A DNA stretch of 64,000 bases. Origin: Octopus bimaculoides (Eukaryota). Both the position numbers and the translations under genes were made by a program. Positions 1-12,155 of the stretch are shown here, one piece after another. The notes beneath the pieces are model-generated. The model was not told where the DNA came from, made no database searches, and was given only the letters and a program-made list of their open reading frames with translations. The DNA lies in contig NC_068982.1 of assembly GCF_001194135.2 (NCBI RefSeq), forward strand, positions 175,421,934 to 175,485,933. Direction: 5' to 3'. Within the stretch, counting starts at the first letter, position 1. The number at the start of each line of letters is the position of its first letter.

Positions 1-2960
1 ATTGTGACTATGTTATCAAAATTATTGAAAATATGTTGAAAGAATAATATATATAGTAAAATACTTCAAGCATTCTCATCTATGAAATGAAATTGAAGGT
101 ACGAGCTATCTATATTATTCTGTTACAGTTCGACTATGTTGTTGATACTTTAACAAATCTTAATGCAGTGTATAACATCCTTCTTTTCATATCAGAGAAA
201 AATGCATAGGACTGAAGCTAGAGCCCCAATCCCAGTGAACAAAGAGACTAGCTGGCCACTGAGCTGTGAATTCTAAAAATATGACACTTAATGGAAACTA
301 TTTATCTCCCCATCAATTGTTTTATGAATAATATAAATAATGCATTATACCTTTGATTTGTTCCACAATTTATCAATCAATTGTCTTACACATAATGTAA
401 ATGTGTTTTACTCCAAAGTTAAGAGCTACATACTGAGGTCATAACTGAATGCTATTATAGGTCATATAAATAAATTTTTGTCTCCAATTTTGTTCCATAA
501 TTTATCAGTTATATTGTCTTACGAATAATATAAATGTTGTCTGTATAATAAATTATGTCTTTGATTTTGTTACATATTTAGACAGTAGCAGAACAATGTT
601 TTAGATGTAGTATAACAAAGAGCATTGAATTGTTGAAAAAGTACATATACTTCTAAAATATGCAATTTCTCATATCCTCTGGTAATTCATTTTCATTACT
701 GAAAACAAATTTATATTCTATGAATTTCTCCTTGCATTGATAATCATGTTCTTTCCCATGTTAGATAACAACAGAAAGAATATTAGATGTAAGAATTATA
801 GAAATGTCACCTTACAAATAATCTTAACATTTTAGATAATATGCACTACAGTAGACATTTGTTTATAACATGACTTGCTTGGAGTCATGCCACATCTGAA
901 ATATTAAAATCAAATTTTCCGGAACACACAGAAAGTATTACCTACCAAATACAAAGATACATGCTTATCAAATAGACTCCATTCATTGAAATATATTTAG
1001 ACTTGCTGTTCAGGAGGTTAGCTGCCGAATTTTTACGAAGAAACAAGTTTGAGTAGAATACCAAGGTGTCAATTAATGCCAAGGTTATAATTCCTTATAT
1101 GGATTCCTTAAAGAAATCTTATATAAATATTTCAGCTCCTTAGAAGTTTCTTTGTTAAATTTGGGTTTTAATGAAAAATACTTTATATAGTAGAGCTAAA
1201 TATATTTTAATGAATATGCTTTTTTTCTATAATAAATATTTCAATCAAACTTTCTCAATATATTCTATAAAACATAGACATCTTCATAATAATAATAAAA
1301 AAATCCTTAAATTCATAGAAAAGGTGTGTTTGTGTGTACAGTGAATTTTGATGTTTTGAGCAGACCCCACCTTCACTATTTTGTATTTTCTTTAGCAATT
1401 TTGTCAGTTTTTTCTCTCTCTCTCTTAGCTATTGTAGACCATCACTCGTTTCCTTTGAATCTATTTTTTTTCTTATTTGTTAAAGCTTACTCTAATCTCT
1501 TGCAATCTGAATATTTATCTGACAGCTTGTTTGCAATTTTGCTCTCAAGCATGCTAATGATTAACTGAATTTCATTCTTTCAGATATGCAGGTACCTTTA
1601 TGATCAATCAAAAAAAGATTGCGTTAGATATATTTGTATGAAGAATGCTTGTAAAAACATGTATGAAATACAAACAGCCACAAATAAAATTAAATACTGA
1701 AAGCTGTTTGGTCATATACTCCATAACCTTAATTATTTACTGCAATATTGCTGACAGAATCTTTCCTCAGTAGATTTTCGAAACATAATTCCATACTAAC
1801 TTTTATGCAGCCTCTTGAGGTTTTTCACATTGAAAAGCTGATTACAGATGCATGTAGGATGGTTTTTAAAAAAATCAAGATGAACTTGTATATATTACCT
1901 GTGCTTGCTATACATACATATGTACGTATGTACATACATATATGCATATGTCACAAAAAGGTAAACAAGTTATGAATGTGGGCTGAATAATTTAAATGAC
2001 ACTTATGCAAACAAAATATGCATAATTAATGGTAATAGGTGAGATATCTAGATTAACTGAAAGTTTGGAAATTGCATATTTGTTGAAATCTTTATTTAGT
2101 AATTATTTTTTCTAGTTATACCGGCTCTTTATCATGAAGAGACAAAACTTCTCAGTTGTAGTAAAAGCAAGCAAACAAATTCAACAGTGTATGAAAAGAA
2201 TTCTTCCCTCATTATTACAGAAGAAATATAGACTATGCAAGTGAATCAAAGGAAATTCATCTAAGACAGCAGTAACCATTAACAAAATCTGGTAGAGTAT
2301 AGCAGAACACTTGATAAATATTGTTGCTGTGTGTTCTCATAGGAGCTATAATTAAACCTTCTCTCCACTTCTTTATAGAGACAGGCATTATTCCTGTTGG
2401 CCTTAGATTGCAAGTACATTTAGAAGCTAAATAACTTATCTATATTATAATGAAACATAAACAAAGGTGGCTCATCTAGGAAGTTACATATTGCAGACAA
2501 ACTCAACGGTATAATGAACAGAGTTCAACATTAATTACATGGAAAAAACATGGATTCTGTAATGGGAATGAAGGCAACCCATCTAAATAACTCTGACTAG
2601 AAAATTCATACAGTGTTATAGAGAAGACTACTAAAGTACAACATCAGACAACCTTTTTAGTGTTAGGGGTAAAGAAAACTGTCCAGATCATACTGCAAAA
2701 TGATTGGTAATAGAAAAGGCATCCAGCCATATAAAATGTCCTCCCCCACCCCCACCTCACAAAGAAGTGAAATATAAAGGATATTTGGTGGTTTTCTTAG
2801 TGTGTGCTGAATTGTGAGAAACAATGACTGTTGGTAATTGTGAAACCAATCCAACAGGAATATTTCATATACATTTATAAAGAGAGGATGATGTATATCA
2901 TTCTCTCTCTCTCACCCGTTCTTGCTCTCTCTCTCACACACACATACACACGACATATAA

Positions 2961-3535
2961 CAGGGTGTGTCAACTTTTGAAGCCGCCTCTTTCAAGAGCT
3001 ATATCTTTCTCCTAACTTTTTTTTTTTTTACCTTTTTAGATAAATAATGTCAGACCCAGCAAATCAAAAGGCATGCTGTGATGCAGAGACAGCTTTCTTC
3101 CTGCAAGTTGTCTGATCCTTCAATGTCAAAGTCTGAAAGGTGCTGGAAGCTGCTGAAGGGGATACAACATCAGCAGCTAAATGCAAAACGCATGTACATA
3201 ACTTTGTACAAGAAGTCCAAGAAATAATTGATAAAATGCCCAGAAAGTCAATCAGAGCCACTGCAGAAAACCCTCAAGGTTTCAGAATGAACCATCAGAA
3301 GAACTGTGCATAAGGACATCCATTACAACTCATATGTGATGCGGAGGGGCCAGTTTATGTCACATGTGACGAGAGAGAATAGTTCGACCTGTGCAAAGTG
3401 CTTGCTAAACAAGTTAAAACACCAAGAGGCTGGAATACTTTGGTTTTTCTCCAATGAGAGAAACACTGATCAGGACCAAAAAGTAAACAGAAGGAACAAC
3501 AGATGGTTATACAAAGACCTGAATGAGGTTCCAAT
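2961..3535 (+). mobile_element. Tc1/mariner DD37D (maT-like) transposon, 5' part, degenerate
   Basis: Starts with CAGGGTGTGTCAACTTTT (TIR-like). ORF 3306..3578 reads ...LKHQEAGILWFFSNERNTDQDQKVNRRNNRW, homologous to the copy at 38.7 kb. Confidence 0.8.
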
Positions 3536-3639
3536 GAAGCGGCTGTTGTTTAAATCTCAGTTTTGTCAATCAAAATAATCCATGGTACCTGAACATTCAG
3601 ACATTATTCACGTAGAATAGTGAGAGGTAAGTCTTAGTT

Positions 3640-3827
3640 TGATTTTTTGCAACCCTAAAGATTCTGCTAGCGCATTCACAGCTAACAAAGCACAGGGCCA
3701 GACTTTAGATCGTGTAGGTGTATTTTTACCCACTCTGATGTTTACACATGGCCAGTTATATGTTGCCATGAATAGAGCAATGAACTCCAGTAAGTTGAAA
3801 ATTATTGTCTAGAAAGAAGTTTTGTAA
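3640..3827 (+). mobile_element. Helitron Rep/Hel (PIF1-type helicase) C-terminal fragment
   Basis: From 3672 reads AFTANKAQGQTLDRVGVFLPTLMFTHGQLYVAMNRA...IIV*KEVL*. This matches Helitron helicase motifs V/VI (TINKSQGQTL...VF.HGQLYVA.SR) and the usual IVYKEVL* ending. Confidence 0.85.
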
Positions 3828-4454
3828 TCATATTGATATTTTTGAAAGGAATATGATTCACAATTTAAATAAGAGTATATAAACAAGCGTAAAATAGTGT
3901 AAACAACTAAATTAAAAGTATATCTAAATAACATTTTTTCTTAATACTTTTTATATAGTGGTCAAAGGAAGGTTTGGCTTTCGTTAGGAGTGGTCCACAT
4001 AACCATTCATGACACTGAGGCTGGGAGCTTATTTCAGTTCAGGAGTGAATCGTCATCACATGTTACTTAGTCACAAACACATGTCATATAGCTGCAACAG
4101 AATGCTGTATCACCAACAATAATGTGATTTCTCTAAGACATCATCCAGTAAGCTATCAAGTCCATTTACACATTTCTCAAGACATACTGCTGTTATGACT
4201 TACCGCCCTCGTCTTATGCCTCCATCATAGATGGGTAGATTTTCAAGTACTAACAAGAACTAACAGCAAACACAAAACTGCTGACAATAACAGCAATGAT
4301 GATATTTATGATGATGATTATGACGATGTTGATGATTATAATGATACAAAGAGATTTAAATCTCTCAATCAAATAACAGAAAGCAAACAATCAGGCAAAT
4401 ATTAAAAAAAAAATCTTGATAAACCAAGTATAAATGAGAAAAAATTATATTTAC

Positions 4455-4924
4455 TCTGAAAATGGATATACGATCTTCTTTGGGCAGCTTTTGAAAGTCT
4501 GGAATGTATTTCATGAAATTGATAAGTCTACATATGAACACATTACTAAGGACAAAAAATTCCTTAGTGTTTTTAGGTATTACAAAAGCCCCACTGGGGT
4601 AGTTTTCATTAAATGTGTTTTCATGTTCTTGGACGACCATGCGAATATATGTAATTGTTTGTGAAATTGACTCCGACACTTCTAAGGTATTCCAAAACAG
4701 GTGATGGCTGACTGGATATTTGTCTGCAGGATAGACCCAGGTTTTTAAGTTTGGGACGTCGAGCGCGGGCTCAGCGTCTTCATATAGTGGCTGCATATAT
4801 TCAAATGAGCTGATACTGGATGCTGATGGAGATGGTGATGAGTTATTATTATTATTATTTAATGGGGTATTGTTTTGTTGTGATGAAGTAAGTCTTTGTC
4901 TCCGTTTTGCAAGCTGTTCTTCAT
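4455..4924 (-). CDS. NR1J: NR1J/HR96-like nuclear receptor, hinge and LBD helices 1-4 exon
   Basis: Acceptor ttttttctttctttacag (phase 1, giving WIL-N-EEQLAKRRQR) and donor AGA|gtaaat; 470 nt. Ends in FICRLINFMKYIPDFQKLPKEDRISIFR, matching the nuclear-receptor H3-H4 signature (FxKxxPxFxxLxxxDQxxLL). Includes ORF-track 4365..4796. Confidence 0.93.
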
Positions 4925-5999
4925 CTGTAAAGAAAGAAAAAAATAATCGAAATATTTACTTTGACAAAGCAAGAGGACCAGTTTAATTTTAAAAAAAGAG
5001 TAGGGAAGTGAAACACAAACAAGTGAATCGACTCAAAATGGTCATGAAAATACTATGTCATCATGGAAGATTTACTAGACACTTGATGTGTGGTGAGTTT
5101 AATAAGGGGTTAGAATGTTATGCACACATTGTCACATATCTTTAATCAGAAATAGATTCTATATATAATAAAAGCGAGCCTGAAATAAATGGGAGACTCT
5201 TCAATGTGGCCAAATATTAAAGTAGTTTCTCAAGACTCAGAGGATGGGCTGAAGACAGCACTAGTATGGAACTGACAACAACGATAGAACTGTAGTACCT
5301 ATTTCCAATTTAATGGACTCAGTTATTTTCCCCAAAGACAGAACATAGTATCAATAAAAAGATATGAACTGCTAATCTCTTAGATGGTTGTCAGATACTC
5401 CATTACTAGCATATATATTTTATGAGTCACTATGATTCCCCCTGAGGCAATTTACATTACCCCTAATGAAATTTGAACCAGATACATATATAAATGAATA
5501 AAAACAACAATTAAGCTATGACTAAAGGTTGATATATGCTTTTTCTGGCAGGATAATGCTTACTCGTTTTTTTTTTTAATTGAATTTACTCATGAGTTCA
5601 AAACAATTTTAATGTAGAAATGCAAGAAAAACTAACCAAATCTATGTTCTTTATTTATATATTTTTATATTACTGAAAATGCAACAGAGACATTGAATCC
5701 CAGTTATCATAGCAATTTCTATATACTTTGAGGAGTACACTTTCCCTGGAAGCCTATATGAGGATATGTACTTAGCACTGGAAGCTAGTGAAACAATTGG
5801 CAGAACTATAGCTTTTCATTAGAACCATTTGTTCATGAGTCGTTAACAACAAGTGAGAGGATACAAAAAGCCAAAAATAATCTTCAAATGGTCATTTTAT
5901 CAACTCTAGAAACTCATTTTGACATGTCTCAAGAAAGGATGTATATATTCAAGAGTCAATCCCTCTAGAAAAGGGAAAATAACAGATAATGTTACTCAC

Positions 6000-6117
6000 T
6001 TAATATCCAGTCCTTTTTCATACCAACAGCAAAACATTTCTTTAAACGGCAACTTGAGCAGAATTTTCGAGTATGTGGGTCTAATCTACAGTTACCATCA
6101 AATGTACAGTTAAACAC
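6000..6117 (-). CDS. NR1J: NR1J/HR96-like nuclear receptor, DBD zinc finger 2 exon
   Basis: Acceptor ctttgttttgcag and donor A|gtgagt; 118 nt encoding VFNCTFDGNCRLDPHTRKFCSSCRLKKCFAVGMKKDWIL plus 1 nt. Four cysteines and the GM motif are present; phase 0 in, phase 1 out. Confidence 0.96.
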
Positions 6118-6375
6118 CTGCAAAACAAAGTCATTCAACAATGGATTACAGTTATGGAGATAACAACTGGCAAAGAAAATACCAATTATAGTCCTATTGT
6201 TTCTTTACACTGAAGGACATGTAGTTTTACTCCGTATGCTGGCTATGGTGAAAAAGACTTAGTGATGACTATTATTTAGAAGACTAAGAATAAAGTATTT
6301 CCTCTGGCCAAGCTCTCATCAATTTTTTCAAGTATTGCATAAGAGAAATGCTATATCATTTATTTATTTTTATAT

Positions 6376-6737
6376 TTACTTGTTTCAGTCATTTGACTGC
6401 AGCCATGCTAGAGCACCACCTTTAGTCACCCCCAGGACTTATTCTTTTTAAGCTTAGTATTGGTCTCCTTTGCTGAACTGCTAAGTTACAGGAACTTAAA
6501 CACACCAACATTGATTGTCAAGCAATGGTGGAGAGACAAGCACAGGCACACACATATATATATATATATATATACGATGGGCTTCTTTCAGTTTCTATCT
6601 ACCAAATTCCCTTACAAGGCTTTGGTCAGCCCGAGGCTATAGTAGAAGACACTTGCCCAAGGTGCCATGTAGTGGAACTAAACCTGGAACCATGGGATTG
6701 AGAAGCAAGCTTCTTACGACACAGCCATGCTGTGCCT
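6376..6737 (-). mobile_element. Octopus-type tRNA-derived SINE, family A
   Basis: Head has A/B-box-like tggctgtgtcgtaag / ggtttagttcc, body cttgggcaagtgtcttctactatagcc, and a gactgaaacaagtaaa tail. Homologous copies at 8190-8838 (interrupted), 17570-17760 (+), 25351-25742 and 60457-60848. Confidence 0.85.
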
Positions 6738-8554
6738 AGAAAATTTGTCGAGGTAAAAATGGTGAATTTTCCATGACTAAGGGACAACTCTAGACATGCA
6801 AATGTAGGCCAAAGCCTACAACTGAGAAAGAGGACATTTGATCTTGGTATTCAGGATAAACTGAAATCTGTTTTTTTTTTCTTTTTTGGATTTGCCCAAT
6901 ATGGATGTTTCCCTTTTGGCACAGATGCATTTGCCCACACATGTTATTTCATTGTTTTCTTTTTTTCTCCTTGCCTGTTTCCCACACTCTATGTAAAACA
7001 TTACAGTTTTGTAGCTTTGTAATATCCCCCATTCACTGCCATTGGGCAATGAAGAATTACTGTTGCTGTTGCTGTTGTTGGAAAGTTACTATAGATTAGA
7101 TTTCTTGGATTTGCTTACGCAGAATTGCAAGAATAACATCTATTACTTCCCTTCAGGCACACTTTTAACTGTAGTTAGGTTTCTTAGGATAAAAGCAAAC
7201 TTTTTTTACCTATCAAAATGTACAGAAGTTGTGAACATTCATCATAAGTAAATAAATAAGATGATAATAAGAATATACATGCTGTAAGAGCCCCAGGGAG
7301 TGATTTAAGAACTGGTGCTTATCTCCAGTTTCATAATGCAAAATTGAATAATTCTGCTTCAAAACAGACAACAACCAACTAAATACGTAACATTACTAGA
7401 TGATTTCATGCCTGCTAATAGGAGACTAAGAAATATAGAATTACATGTTCTTATCAAATGCACAACAAAATGCCTACAGAGGATTTGAACTTAAAACGTC
7501 ATGTCCACTTGGCCATTTCCCTGTGTAGATGATAAGGATTTCTGACTTTGGCAGAAATTCGGAAGTAATCTTTTATCTTTCATCTGTTTCAGTCATTAGA
7601 CTGTGGCCATGCTGGAGTTGTATAATCCATAACATTTATCCTAGTACTTAGCTGTAATTACCTGATCAACCTCAGGATGGAAGGCATAGCAGACCCTGGC
7701 AGAATTTGAAATGAGAATATAAACTGATACAACCATATACTGAAAGGTACTTTTTCCAACACTCTAAAAATCCTGGCACACACATATACACATGCACAAA
7801 TATATGTAAACCGCAACCATCACTTATAAGTGAATATGACTAAGTAGTATCTACTATTTTTTCACTAATTGTTTAAGGTGGGTGCCTATATTGTCACAAC
7901 TGCTTGCTTTATAGTTTGCATACACTAAATATGCACTGGATGAAGGACTCAATATTAAATGCAGAGTTGAAATAATATTTGTTATTAATAATTTTTATTA
8001 TCAATAGAGACTACTTCAAAGTTTCCCTGATGCTAGCTTCTCAAAACAGTGTTGCAAAAAGTACCATTATGGTCTTCTGGTGCAAAGTATGATTTATTAG
8101 GCCTGAAAGAATCATCTAATTTTAGTGCAGTAGCTAAGCCTTTAGCTTCCATATTCATATTGCTTAAAGAGTTGTGGCAGGATTTTTTGCAGTTGTTATC
8201 GTGGACATGCTGGGGCAGTGCATAGAAGAGTTTTTAGTTGAACAAATTGACCTCAGTAATTTTTTAAAGCCTGTTACTTATTCTATTGATCTCTTTTGAT
8301 AAACCACTAAGTTACAAGGACAAAAACTGACACCTATTGCCAAGCAGTGGTGGGACACACACACACTTATTTTTGTGTGTGCGTGCGTGTGTATATATAT
8401 ATATATATATGCCATTTCTTTCTGTGTTCCTTTCAGTTGAAGAGCATAGCTCGAAATGTCAAAGACTTTCTCTATTCCCGAGCGTTAAACTAATACATCC
8501 ATTTGTTGTTTACACCACCTGTCTTCATCTGTTGTTTTTTTCGTAAATTCTCCC

Positions 8555-8585
<31 letters not shown>

Positions 8586-9158
8586 AATTCAAACAAACAA
8601 ATAATTAAAAAACAGAGAAAAAAAAGAAAGAAAGAAATGTGAGGACGTACACAAGAAATATATTAATATATACATATGATGGGTTTTCAGCTTCCATCTG
8701 CCAAATCCATTTAGAAGGTTTTGGTTGATCTGGGGCTATAATAAAAGGCACTTGCCCAAGGTGCCCCATGTAGTGGGACGGAACTTGGAATCATGTAGTT
8801 GAGAAACAAACTTCTTACTACACAGCCATGCATGTGCTTAGAGATAGAATTTGAAAGATGTGTATTAAATGTGTTTATCTATCTCATAAGGTTTTGGTTT
8901 TGATAGTGGTTTACAAATTAATTGCTAATATTTTTTAACTGTATCAATCTTATGTGTAAGTTATTCTTGGAAATGGTTGGTGTAATTAATAAACTGAATG
9001 TTCTTTGTCATATGCAACAGGTTCATTTTTAAAATTTTGTGGTATGAGGTTCTGAGGTGGATATTTTAGATTTTTTTTCATCTAAACTGGTAGAGATACA
9101 TTGTCCTGCACATTTTATTTATTCACTTTAGTCTTACATCATAGCACCAAGTAATTTG

Positions 9159-9212
9159 TCATCTGATATCTCTCTGTATATGGAATCATCTGATATATCT
9201 CTGTATATGGAA
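9159..9212. repeat. 27-bp tandem duplication
   Basis: tcatctgatat(c/a)tctctgtatatggaa occurs twice. Confidence 0.9.
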
Positions 9213-9722
9213 TAAGAAAATCTATAAATTTGGGGTTAATAAACTCAGATATAGATTTTAAATCCTTTATACCTGGATAATGAGAATGCCAGTTCTACTT
9301 AGATGATAAAGAAAACATGATAATTGTTAAAGAGGAAGCATGTGTGTGTGTATGAGAGAGAGAGAGAGAGAGAGAGAAAAAGAATATAAGGGAAGATGAA
9401 ATGAATACACACACACACACACATATATATATAGGATTTTCAGCTATAAGTATCTTATTTATTCAAAGACACACACTAACAGACTCATACTATCACAGAC
9501 CCACACTAACATATTCACAATATGCACACATAAGTACACAAACCGGTGCATACATACAAACACATACAAAAGCATTTAATGCACATAATTGAAATATGGC
9601 CGCAAAGGTTCATGTTGAAAAAACAACAACAAAATACACAAATGTGAAACAAAAAAAGAAATGGATAGAAAGAACAAAAAATGAGTAAAATATAAAACAG
9701 GTTTCCATGTTCTTCAACTAAC

Positions 9723-9887
9723 CTTTTTCTTCAGAGCATTCCGTCTGAAAAAAGCTTTACAAGACTCACAAGTGACAGCATCAAAATTATAGCCAAGGGC
9801 AACATCATTGCAAACACGACAAATCAACTTGGTGCCATCTTTTGGTTTTGGTCTTCGTTTTTGCTCTTTTATGTTTCCTTTTGTTTG
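9723..9887 (-). CDS. NR1J: NR1J/HR96-like nuclear receptor, DBD zinc finger 1 exon
   Basis: Acceptor tatttatttacag and donor AAG|gttagt; 165 nt encoding QTKGNIKEQKRRPKPKDGTKLICRVCNDVALGYNFDAVTCESCKAFFRRNALKKK. This is a C4 finger with the ESCKA P-box and FFRRNA typical of HR96/DAF-12/NR1J. Confidence 0.96.
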
Positions 9888-10024
9888 CTGTAAATAAATA
9901 AATATATCTTCAGTTTGGCTGTGTTTTGATAAGTGATAGAATTTTCATGTATACTTTTCTTTATATGTAAATATATGTTATTTATCTACATATAAATTAT
10001 AATATATATGCCACCATATATATA

Positions 10025-10067
<43 letters not shown>

Positions 10068-10611
10068 GGGGGTGGGCATGTGTTTGTGACCATGGTAAAG
10101 GGATATTAAACAATGATGATGACAATATATAACTTAAATATATTCATAATTTATTCTATTAACTAATCTTTAGGTTCCTTGAACCCCAGTATTTTATTTT
10201 CTCTTTGTGTGTGTGTGTATGTATGTTTGGTTAGTCAGAATTCAAATTGGCAATCCCACCAAGAAAAATGATTTGCCAACATCCTGCAGGATGAAAAATA
10301 TAACTTGTTACAAAAAAAAAAACCTCAGTCTAGTCAATAGCTATCATCAAACTATATATATCGTAAATATCAATTTAAATATACAACCAAAAGAGCTACT
10401 AAATCTCATGCTATTATGATACTTGATCAGGTATATTTATAAAATGTTATGTATCTTAAAGCAATCTGTTTATACGTTATATATAACACATAAACATTGC
10501 TTTAAGATACATGTTGTATTTTATAAATATGCCTGTTCAAGTATCATAATAGCATGAAACCATTGGTAGTTCTTTTGGTTGTACATTTAAATTGATATGT
10601 ATACATATATA

Positions 10612-10922
10612 TCATCATCATCATCGTTTAACCGTCCGCTTTCCATGCTAGCATGGGTTGGATGATTTGACTGAGGACTGGTGGACCAGGATGCGACACC
10701 AGGCTCCAATCTGATNNNNNNNNNNGACTGAGGACTGGTGGACCAGGATGCGACACCAGGCTCCAATCTGATTTGGCAGAGTTTCTACAGCTGGATGCCC
10801 TTCCTAACGCCAGAGTGTAGTGGGTGTTTTATGTGCCACCAGCACGAGGGCCAGTCAAGCGGTACTGGCGACGGCCACACTTGAAATGGTGTATTTTACG
10901 TGCCACCTGCACAGGAGCCAGT
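10612..10922 (-). mobile_element. Octopus-type SINE family B with (GAT)n tail
   Basis: atcatcatcatcgtttaaccgtccgctttccatgctagcatgggttgg...ttctacagctggatgcccttcctaacgcc. Copies at 12820-13040 (+), 25822-26175, 29705-29880 (+), 32505-32650, 38430-38681, 39536-39690 and 55582-56050. Confidence 0.85.
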
Positions 10923-11126
10923 ATGCATGCACATGAGCATGCAAATGCATTTGCAGTGTTTGTAGTTTCTGTCCATCTTGTTTGTTGTTAATTTAACTGT
11001 TTCAAACATTCACATTGTGGAAAGATAAGACATGAAAATTTGCTGTCTAAGTACTTTCTAGCCTTATTTTTAAATACATATTTTGCAAATGTATGAAACA
11101 AAACTCTTCTTGGAATTATTAACAAA

Positions 11127-11177
11127 TGATGAACCATTTCTTGTGACATTTCTTCTGATGAACCATTTCTTGTGACA
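11127..11177. repeat. 22-bp direct repeat, period 29
   Basis: tgatgaaccatttcttgtgaca at 11127-48 and 11156-77. Confidence 0.9.
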
Positions 11178-11611
11178 ACTGGAGAAGTACATTCATATGC
11201 AACCACCAATTTCATATTTTCTTTGGTTGTCAGGACACAAAAAGATAGACAGAAATTGAGATTCCCTAGTTGTCAGCATCACTGCATCCACCATTAAATA
11301 AACGTTGGTATCTAGGAGGTGGAGTCTTATGTTTGTTGTACTACTACATTCATTTATTTTCCAAAATACAAAACTTTACAGTTAAATTCATAGAGCATAA
11401 TAAATGAATATTTCATAAATATAAACAAATTCAAATGTGAAACAAAGAATAAATTATGTTCTACCTTACATCAGATTTAAAAACTGCATACTAACTTTGC
11501 AAAGATATCATCTTTAAATGAGGAATTTTAATGAGTACAGTGTTCCAGTATAAAATGTGTATATACTGAAGTCAAAGACAGATAGGTGAGAACGTGGTTG
11601 AGTATGTGAGT

Positions 11612-11645
<34 letters not shown>

Positions 11646-11899
11646 TTAGTGAAGCAAAGAATAGGAGAGGGCATACAACTCTATTTGAGCGATCAATCTT
11701 TCTTCCCCATCTCCCTGTGTTTCATCCCAGAGAATACCTCACGACTGAGTTGGGTTTTTTTTTCTTCTTTTTGCTCATGCATTATTCTAGGATGATTTTT
11801 AGATCTGTACAGAAGACTTTGGATTTTTTGAAAAATGATAATGAAGTTTTGAAGGCAAACAACCAAACATTCAAGCTCATATAAATATATGTATGCATG

Positions 11900-12155
11900 C
11901 ATACGTATAAACAATATTTATACATATCGGTGTGTACACACGCACACACAAATGTATATATACATGCGTGTATATACATATACATGTATATAAATATATG
12001 AATACATGTATATATATGTATACAAATATATATATAATGCTATATATATATATATTTATACACACACACACATGCATATATATATATATATAATGCTATA
12101 TATATATATATTTATACACACACACATATGCATATATATATATATATATATGTAT
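11900..12155. repeat. Compound (TA)n/(CA)n microsatellite (representative of many)
   Basis: Seen directly. Similar tracts at about 8390, 8560, 10020, 16860, 23500, 24000, 25020, 25270, 37990, 41220, 41970, 48720, 51660, 63480 and 63890. Confidence 0.95.

Noticed and set aside
5158-5265. Possible mini-Helitron (TCTATATATAATAAAA...CTAG)
   Set aside because: The 5' flank is T rather than A, no clear subterminal hairpin, and no second copy.
6816-7100. Cys/Lys-rich minus-strand ORF between the zinc-finger exons
   Set aside because: A stop sits immediately upstream, there is no usable in-phase acceptor, and the two DBD exons already join perfectly.
10680-10775. Exact 47-bp direct repeat on both sides of a 10-N gap
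   Set aside because: Typical unmerged contig overlap inside a SINE; treated as an assembly artefact.
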